This document shows, piece after piece, positions 11,909-15,645 of a stretch of 15,645 nucleotides of DNA; the first letter of the stretch is position 1, and each line of letters begins with the position of its first letter. Origin of the DNA: Takakia lepidozioides (lineage: Eukaryota; Plantae; Bryophyta); NCBI GenBank assembly GCA_030704615.1, contig JAKLZA010000016.1, positions 1-15,645 of the forward strand, given 5' to 3'. The notes beneath the pieces are model-generated. The model searched no databases. It was not told where the DNA came from and was given only the letters and a program-made list of their open reading frames with translations. Position numbers and translations under genes: made by a program.

Positions 11909-12197
11909 TAGGGAATTCCAAAAAGGCCTTGATGTGCAATGCATCGCAATTCACTGATCACCCCCTAAAAGTGCACAATTCAATTGAATTGCAAGGGCAA
12001 TTCAATTGAACTAACCCTAATTTGCAATTCAATTGAATTGTCGGCACACGATTCAATTGAATTGCTGACTACAATTCAATTGAATTGTAATCTATAATTT
12101 TTAACTTATTTCTGTATATAATATATATGTATATATTTAAATTATATATATATACATACAGGTATAAGCTAAAAACATGTTGCCGTCTATTCTTGCT
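11909..12197 (+). repeat. Left terminal inverted repeat (~290 bp) with 5 copies of palindrome CAATTCAATTGAATTG and an AT-rich (TA)n block
   Basis: Palindrome copies start at 11976, 11998 (partial), 12025, 12049 (variant) and 12072. The inner TIR end GTATAAGCTAAAAACATGTTGCCGTCTATTCTTGCT matches the reverse complement of 12706-12744, with small indels. Confidence 0.9.
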
Positions 12198-12705
12198 ATC
12201 CGTCTGTCAATCCTTTGCCCGTGGTAAGGCTTGGAGAGAGAGAGAGGAAGTCACGAAGCGCTTGTAAAAGCGGGATTGTCTCTCTTTGTGGATGTTGGTG
12301 CCAATATATGGCTATGTACATATACCAAACATGATACCAATGTAAGAGTATCAATGTGTAAGAGTTTGATATATTAAACTTATATAGAACACACATCCCA
12401 ACTTCAGCATGATACCTTTGTAAGGGTATCGAAATTTTTGATAATTCTCAAGATGAACATATTTTTTGTTTTCTTTGTCCTGGGCCAGATACTAGTGTTA
12501 GGGGACTACATGGTGATGCGGGGAAGCCTTTCATCAATTGTCAGGTTTGATTTTGTCTGTTTTTTTCGGAGCTAGCCGTGTTTCTTTTGCCAGTGAATCA
12601 CAGGAAGCTGCTGATCTGTCTCCGTCTCTGGCTCTCCCTTTCTCGCTGAGGCTGAGGGTGGCTTCACAACTCCACAATTTCCTCAAGGGCACAAGAAAGA
12701 GGGCC

Positions 12706-13039
12706 AGCAAGAATAGACGGGCAACATGTATTTTTAGCTTATACTCTTATATGTGTATAATAAAAATTTGAATATATACATGTACATATATATTATATAT
12801 TATATACAAAAATAAGTTAAAAATTATAGATTACAATTCAATTGAATTGCCAACTAGCGATTCAATTGAATTGCGAATTGGCAATTGAATTGAATTGTTG
12901 ACTGCAATTCAATTGAATTACGAGTTGACAATTCAATTGAATTGCGAATTAGGGTTAGTTCAATTGAATTGCGCACTTTTAGGGGGTGATCAAGTGAATT
13001 GCGATGCATTTCACATCAAGGCCTTTTTGGAATTCCCTA
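12706..13039 (-). repeat. Right terminal inverted repeat (~330 bp) with 6 copies of palindrome CAATTCAATTGAATTG
   Basis: Copies start at 12834, 12858 (variant), 12882 (variant), 12905 (variant), 12929 and 12959 (partial); reverse complement of the left arm. Confidence 0.9.
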
Positions 13040-13511
13040 GTGCGTTACCTCTCCACACCTCTTTCATAACCTATCCAGTCATAACGCCCATCTCAAATTT
13101 AGACCCCACGTCCAATTTAGATCCAAGGTAACATGATGAAGCAGGACTCTACAACGAGAGTTATTAGAGAGCCATGAGGGATACAGGAGCGGGAAATCCA
13201 ACAGTACGGTAGGAAGCGGAAGCCAAGTGAGCACAACAAGCATGGTTTGAAATTGTCGTTCTTGAGGACTCAATTGGTACTGCACATGAATAGTTTAAGG
13301 TTACTTTCACAGCAAGTTCTAGTTGCACTGTGGGTTCGGAGTAGAGGTCACTTGTGTGACTCTCTCGTATAAAAAGGAGACAAGTGAGAGACATGAACAA
13401 CACAACCTTCGATTGAAAGAAAGGGTATACAAGCCAAGAGGCATGACTGTTCATCCTAAGAATCAGGAAGAATTAGTCATCCTCAATAGGTGGCCTCTCA
13501 TTTTATGATAA

Positions 13512-14510
13512 TAGGGTCTTCAATGGGCACGTGCGATGTGGCCGGTGGGCCCCGCGCACGGACGCCCGGCTCCCAGCGCCCCGCCCGCCGCTGCGCGCGG
13601 TCGCCCAGCCGCGGCGCGCCCGCGCCCCTGTCCGCCGCGCGGCCAGTCCGCCAGTCTGCCCGCTAGTCCGCTGGCCAGTCCCCTGCCATCCAGTCCAATG
13701 ACGGCGCAGGATCGCCACCGTCCATTCCCATAACCCATCCGAGCCCTCCATTTTTAGGGCTGCAATTCAAACCTGCATCCCTGCCGCCTGCCACTTGCCA
13801 GCAGCCGCGAACGTGCGCACAGTTCTCCTGGCACGTTGTCGATCGTGTCTTGTACTGCGGCGCGTTTCTTGCATGTTCAGAAGCGTGTCCTTTGTACTGT
13901 ATAGGGCATGGACGTGGAAACAAAACCCGATATATACTGATCACGGAAAGCCCGCTTATACGGCCTCTTCGACAATGTTTGCAAACAGCAAAACCAGGAC
14001 CCTTCGACATGAAGGATCTCCATTGGAAGAGTGAGACGCAATATGGTTTATGAGTGTGCGAGTGAATGTTGAAAAGGCCTGCATACCTTGGGATAGAGTT
14101 GGTGACTTCGTCCTAGGAGAGAGTTTGGAGGACTATCCCACTCAGTTTTGGGTGAATGTCCATTCTAAAGTGGAACCCGGCTCGTGAAAAGCACCCAGAG
14201 CCAACACATTTCTGTCCAGTATTATGTCTGCACCATCCTCACTCAGTCATTTGACGTTTCATTGCATGTCTGTTGCCATTTTTTGTTTCACGAGTTCTCT
14301 GATTTTATGCTTCCTCAAGTCGTTGGATATCGATTTTAGAATTTTCTGTCCAGGTATCAATGCTGCTACGGTCCTGATGACAAGCGCACCAACAAGGCAA
14401 TAGTGGAAGATCCAAAACAGAAGCGTGGAGGACCTCTTGTGGGTGCTGGAACATCTTGCCCTCATAAAGGCCCAAGGAGAAAGAAGTCGGAGTATGGAGA
14501 GTCTTACAAA
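13512..14510 (+). mobile_element. Probable left portion of a second DNA transposon (GC-rich terminus plus transposase-like fragment); right end not identified in the window
   Basis: Abrupt switch from AT-rich flank to TAGGGTCTTCAATGGGC at 13512, then a CpG-rich tract (54 of 60 bases G+C at 13561-13620) with repeated CCAGTC motifs (13643-13696), directly upstream of a MULE/SWIM-type coding fragment. No matching TIR was seen. Confidence 0.55.
13908..14510 (+). pseudogene. Truncated, disrupted N-terminal fragment of a plant SWIM zinc-finger / MULE-transposase-related protein (At1g60560/At4g13970-like family)
   Basis: Segments ~13908-14225 and 14354-14510 (GT-AG intron 14226-14353) encode PFDMKDLHWKS..KACIPWDRVGDFVLGES.EDYPTQFWV..KAPRANTFLSSIMYQCCYGPDDKR. 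This is colinear with the recalled family motif FS..DLVW..ALIPY.RVDDFVRGE...CPTSFHV..PKVDGILEYILYWCSFGPDDNR. There is a frameshift near 14050 and an in-frame TGA at 14185-14187. Similarity ends just before the expected KRGCxCHF motif. Confidence 0.75.
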
Positions 14511-15645
14511 TTCTCTTTGTATGGAGCCCTTTCACTTCTCCTTCCGTTGCATTGTCCGTCTCTTATGTTTTTAGAGCTGGACAACTTTAGTTGATCATTT
14601 CGTGAGGAAGTCAACCGGTGGCATCGAAAGTATGATAGAACGGTAGAGCTCTTGCAATTTGAAGCCTGCGAGATTTTCACTGCGTAGAAATCTGAAAACC
14701 GGTCGATTCTCCTCTTGATAAATATGCCGCACATGCTTTGTGACATTGACAATTGATCGGTGGTGGGGGTCGTGTGAGTGCATATAAAATGATATAGAAA
14801 TATTCAACGAAAGCAAGGCAGCATGGCCCCAAAAGTCCGAGTGGGGTCCAAATCGTGTCACCTTCCAGACTGATGAGATTTAGTTTCCCGAGAGATGATT
14901 CGAAGCCTGTTGAAGTCCACCGAGCAGTTTATGAGTAAAACGACGGTTAGCTCCTTTAATTTTTTCTCCCTGCTGTACAATCATCCCAACGGCGGACCAT
15001 CCATCCCAAGCTCTTCAACTCAAAGTTATTATTGATGTTCGAGATCCTCATGTCATTGCAGGCCACCTGCGACCAGATGTATTTTGTGATCGAGAGGAAG
15101 CTTCATCAGGATTCATTTGCTGCCCATGTGCCAATAAGTACTCACAAAAGGGTAGGAATAACATACATTCAAGGGCCATCAGCCGATATAGTTTAAGCAA
15201 GCCTCTGTTTGCGAGTGGCCACTATACTCGCAGGTTGCATTCAAAAACTCTCCCTCTGGGCATACAGAAGCACCATGACTTACTATCCCACAAAACTGAC
15301 CATATGAGAGAGGCGACACTACCTTGCCTTGCTATCACCTCAATTTTTCGAGACAAATCGACCGCAGAAGTTTGGAGAGGCTTCTTATGATTTGGTGGAG
15401 GCCAAAAGTTTGAAAGCTGAAAAGTACAGTTTGATATGTTTGATGTGTATATGTGATAGCGTTACAGTCACACATGCTAGAAACTTATTCAGGCGGCTGC
15501 CCCTATGACTGGTCCTTAATTATGCAGGAGTGGTTTAGAGGCGACTGCTGCCCCTCAACTTCAGATTCATACAGTACGCATGTATGCATACATGGGATGA
15601 TTTGAAATTTGTTCCGTATTTTTCGACCGATGCTGGCCAATGGTT

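Larger units (their letters stand above)
11909..13039. mobile_element. Non-autonomous TIR DNA transposon (foldback / Mutator-like long-TIR element; hAT-like TAGGG ends also possible)
   Basis: Left end TAGGGAATTCCAAAAAGGCCTTGATGTG is the exact reverse complement of right end CACATCAAGGCCTTTTTGGAATTCCCTA. Inverted similarity continues to 12197 and 12706. GTGCGTT directly flanks both ends (11902-11908, 13040-13046). There is no transposase ORF in the 508-bp interior. Confidence 0.92.

Noticed and set aside
11976-12971. CRISPR-like repeat-spacer appearance of the palindrome arrays
   Set aside because: Repeats are 16 bp with 6-8-nt spacers, far too short. They lie in mirror orientation within TIRs in intron-rich eukaryotic DNA with no cas genes.
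12895-13131. 78-aa ORF with repeated IQLN(C/Y) motif
   Set aside because: It is the translation of the DNA palindrome array and crosses the TE boundary.
13503-13751. Overlapping Ala/Arg/Gly/Pro-rich ORFs on both strands
   Set aside because: Stop-codon scarcity in ~80-90% GC sequence explains them; no recognisable domain.
13663-14010. Minus-strand AVCKHC as a BED zinc finger of a hAT transposase
   Set aside because: Only a CxxC is present without the rest of the BED pattern, and it is antisense to the better-supported SWIM/MULE fragment.
14504-14861. Minus-strand ORFs (SYFRCHR..RAPYK) as a convergent mudrB-like or second transposase gene
   Set aside because: The motif is too short to assign, and the plus strand looks equally protein-like; unsupported without a search.
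15579-15594. 16-bp perfect palindrome CATGTATGCATACATG
   Set aside because: Single low-complexity occurrence with no associated structure.

Overview
Eukaryotic nuclear DNA from a plant, probably a non-flowering land plant with flagellated sperm (lineage inferred from gene content only). From left to right: (1) a 21-exon IFT80 gene (intraflagellar transport, WD40) on + at about 320-9556; (2) a convergent 3-exon TANGO2/NRDE-family gene on - at about 10132-11315; (3) a ~1.13-kb non-autonomous foldback/Mutator-like DNA transposon (11909-13039) with ~290-330-bp terminal inverted repeats built from arrays of the 16-bp palindrome CAATTCAATTGAATTG, flanked by a target-site duplication; (4) the probable left end of a second element (from 13512), with a very GC-rich terminus and a truncated MULE/SWIM-type transposase-like fragment, followed by unidentified degenerate coding-like sequence. 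Both host genes carry many 1-2-nt indels, mostly in short repeats, but have intact splice sites and no substitution nonsense codons. This fits long-read assembly error better than true pseudogenisation. Family assignments come from my recall of homologous protein sequences; no search was run.
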